IMG/VR virus record: IMGVR_UViG_3300027826_000156
Location: 1-38,527 of that record
Source of the DNA: a virus
Taxonomy: Duplodnaviria > Caudoviricetes
Direction: 5' to 3' (one strand)
Length of the DNA: 38,527 nt
The notes below the pieces were generated by a model that worked only from the letters and a program-made list of their open reading frames with translations, was not told the DNA's origin and made no database searches. How positions within the stretch are numbered: the first letter of the stretch is position 1; every line of letters begins with the position of its first letter. Position numbers and translations under genes: made by a program. Positions 36,608 through 38,527 of this stretch are shown here, piece by piece.

Positions 36608-37150
36608 CTACGATACCTTCAGATCGTGCTCAGTAGGCGTAGACGCACTGAGGGCCAGTCTGCCGCCTCTTCGAGCGAAATCGAGCGCCTCGGGCCCTAG
36701 GAGAAACTCGTCAGTCCTCTTAAAATTTTCTCGAAATGGCCTTGTGAAAAAATTGTAAAGACCTTTGGACATGGAGCTGTCATAGACCGTTCCAATCCTT
36801 CCATACAAAAGAATATTGTTTCCATGGCGGCCTCCTGGGCCAAAAACAATCGTGTCCTCATTGAGCAATTGATCAATCGCGTAATAGACGCCGCCCCGTC
36901 GCTGAGGAACGTCTCTAATACACAGCGTCGCGCCTCGCGGCGAAACAAGATATTCGGAGTTCGCTATCGACGTTGGATGCCGCGCTATTCCGAAATCCGG
37001 AATATCGACATAGGACAGATAAGTTTGTGGCGTGCTCGTCTCGAATAAACCGGCCAGGGTGTATTGCAGGTTCCTCTCTATCTCCAGCGATGAAAGCAGC
37101 GGGCCTAGATCGGCAGCTGTCGCATAAAACATAATGAGATTGCGCGTCAT
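36608..37150 (-). CDS. Immunity protein cognate to 37147-38184 (unassigned family)
   Basis: ATGA overlap with toxin stop; AT-richer; two paralogues downstream. Confidence 0.8.
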   Translation of the reverse strand: MTRNLIMFYATAADLGPLLSSLEIERNLQYTLAGLFETSTPQTYLSYVDIPDFGIARHPTSIANSEYLVSPRGATLCIRDVPQRRGGVYYAIDQLLNEDTIVFGPGGRHGNNILLYGRIGTVYDSSMSKGLYNFFTRPFRENFKRTDEFLLGPEALDFARRGGRLALSASTPTEHDLKVS

Positions 37151-38184
37151 GGGGAGCGCCTTTTCGGAATCAGGATCAGTGTATCGTTCGGATATTTGGC
37201 GCTAATCCTGGCGGCCGCAGCAGCCTCTCTCGGTGTTGGGCTGCCGTCAGCAAGCGTATCGACTGTTTGAACGCGTGTCACCGCACCAGTCTCTGGGTTG
37301 ACGGCGGTGACGTCAACATATGTTCCCCCGAGACCACGGGGCCCGGGACCTCGAATGTATTCTTCAGGTTTCTGGCCGCCACCTCCAGTGATTTTATATC
37401 CCTGGGCCTCAAGGTCTGCTGCTATCGCGGCGTTCTGCGCGCGGGTTGCTGCACCTCCAAGTCGGCCGCCGCTGCGCGGAGCCGTTCCAAGCTCGGGTTC
37501 AGGAGAGGGGCCCGCTGGAGCTGCTGGCTTAGGTGGCGCTTCGACCGGCAGTCGTGCGACTTCACCTGGAAGTTCTGGTGGACCGCTACTACCAAACCCC
37601 CCGCCCCCGCCCCTGCCGCCACCTTCGACGATAGGGGGCCTCTTGAATGGATCGCCAACCATCGCTGCCGGTAGAGCGGTGATCGATTCCGGCCCGGTGG
37701 GAACTGGCCTCTCGGATTCTCCCGACTCTGGGGCGAACCAGCCGGGATTGGGCGGCGTGCCGGTGCGTGGATGTTTTTCCGGGTCCCAGAATTTGAGCAG
37801 CCGGCTGCGGTGCAGCTCGAGCGCGCGGCGGGCAATTTCATCGTCGGTTTCCCTGCCCTTCGCGAGCGGCGGCGGGTCCGGAAACTGCATCTGCACGGTG
37901 GCAATCGCGGCCATCGCGAGATCGCCGCGATTGAACGCTGCGGCTATCAGCGCTAGCGCGTTCGCTTTCGCAGCGACGTCGATGGGCAGGCCGTATTGGG
38001 TCGACAGTTCGTCGTTGAGCTCGGGTACCGTGCGAACGACCCATTGCGGGTTCGCGCTCGCGCCATCGATGGCCTGCAGCAGCGGAACGTCGCCGACGAA
38101 CACACCATCGGCGCCGCATGAGACGGCATCGCTGGAGCGCTCCGCGGCCAGCGAAAAGGCACGCAAACCCGGCATCGCAAACAT
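37147..38184 (-). CDS. Polymorphic toxin with unassigned, possibly restriction-endonuclease-like tip
   Basis: N-terminal ~150 aa nearly identical to 33949-35010; Pro/Gly linker; tip GGRLG..ATRAQN...GGGG..PEEY...YVDVTA...VQTVD...PRE. Confidence 0.8.
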   Translation of the reverse strand: MFAMPGLRAFSLAAERSSDAVSCGADGVFVGDVPLLQAIDGASANPQWVVRTVPELNDELSTQYGLPIDVAAKANALALIAAAFNRGDLAMAAIATVQMQFPDPPPLAKGRETDDEIARRALELHRSRLLKFWDPEKHPRTGTPPNPGWFAPESGESERPVPTGPESITALPAAMVGDPFKRPPIVEGGGRGGGGGFGSSGPPELPGEVARLPVEAPPKPAAPAGPSPEPELGTAPRSGGRLGGAATRAQNAAIAADLEAQGYKITGGGGQKPEEYIRGPGPRGLGGTYVDVTAVNPETGAVTRVQTVDTLADGSPTPREAAAAARISAKYPNDTLILIPKRRSP

Positions 38185-38198
38185 GCGATCAGGCTCCG
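37733..38198. repeat. Direct repeat of toxin N-terminal region, copy 2
   Basis: Matches 34565-35024. Confidence 0.85.
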
Positions 38199-38347
38199 TT
38201 CGCTTGTTGATGTGATGAGCGAGGACGCGACGGCGTTTACAGCGTCGCTCCGGCTATGACGTTGCCGGCGCGCAGTGTTGCCGGCGTTGACGGTCTGCAA
38301 CGCGCACGCCATGGTGCGCCCGCTTTCGAAAGCTACGGAACTTCGGC

Positions 38348-38527
38348 GTGAAGGACTTCGTCAAAAAACTCGAATATCGCACCATAAAACCGGCGCTGCG
38401 CGCGCTGCAGCCGTGGCGCTATGTGACCTACGGCGGCATCCGCGTGCACCACAAGCGCTATCTCGACGGCGGCGGCAGCGCGTTCGGCCAGGACTACGTC
38501 CCGTTCCTGCACGATTGCGGCATGCCC
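38348..38527 (+). CDS. 5' part of a gene running off the window, possibly a methyltransferase
   Basis: Open frame from GTG 38348: KDFVKKLEYRTIKP...YGGIRVHHKRYLDGGGSAFGQDYVPFL; high-GC codon usage; not in the ORF track because it is truncated. Confidence 0.5.
   Translation, partial: MKDFVKKLEYRTIKPALRALQPWRYVTYGGIRVHHKRYLDGGGSAFGQDYVPFLHDCGMP

Noticed and set aside
1-38527. tRNA or rRNA genes, integrase, terminase, capsid, MuF
   Set aside because: No recognisable sequence for any of these; they may lie outside the window.

Overview
High-GC window, probably alphaproteobacterial (Rhizobiales-like). It carries the tail and lysis half of a prophage or GTA-like element, almost all on the minus strand: tail completion protein, tail tube, tail chaperones G/GT with a -1 slippery site, a short tape measure, DUF2460, DUF2163, NlpC/P60, a large tail protein, tail fibres and a lysis cassette. 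No capsid, terminase or integrase gene is in the window. Three polymorphic toxin-immunity islands interrupt or flank this block. (1) A Tox-REase-5-like toxin with two Imm52-like genes and a HEAT-repeat gene (1-4969). (2) A phage portal protein fused to a C-terminal HH/HNH-like domain, placed between tail tube and tail chaperone. It is followed by an immunity gene, a 747-bp duplicated portal fragment with an alternative tip, and further orphan immunity genes (26675-31897). (3) Two toxins with near-identical N-termini but different tips, one DddA-like deaminase with Imm1 and one unassigned nuclease-like domain with three immunity paralogues (33506-38184). The three free toxins share a remote N-terminal domain. 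All five toxin ORFs carry a related Pro/Gly motif just after a Lys and before the variable region, suggesting a particle-loaded, possibly protease-released toxin system. A five-gene glycan-modification cassette sits among the tail fibre genes. Family assignments are by motif recognition only; no searches were run.
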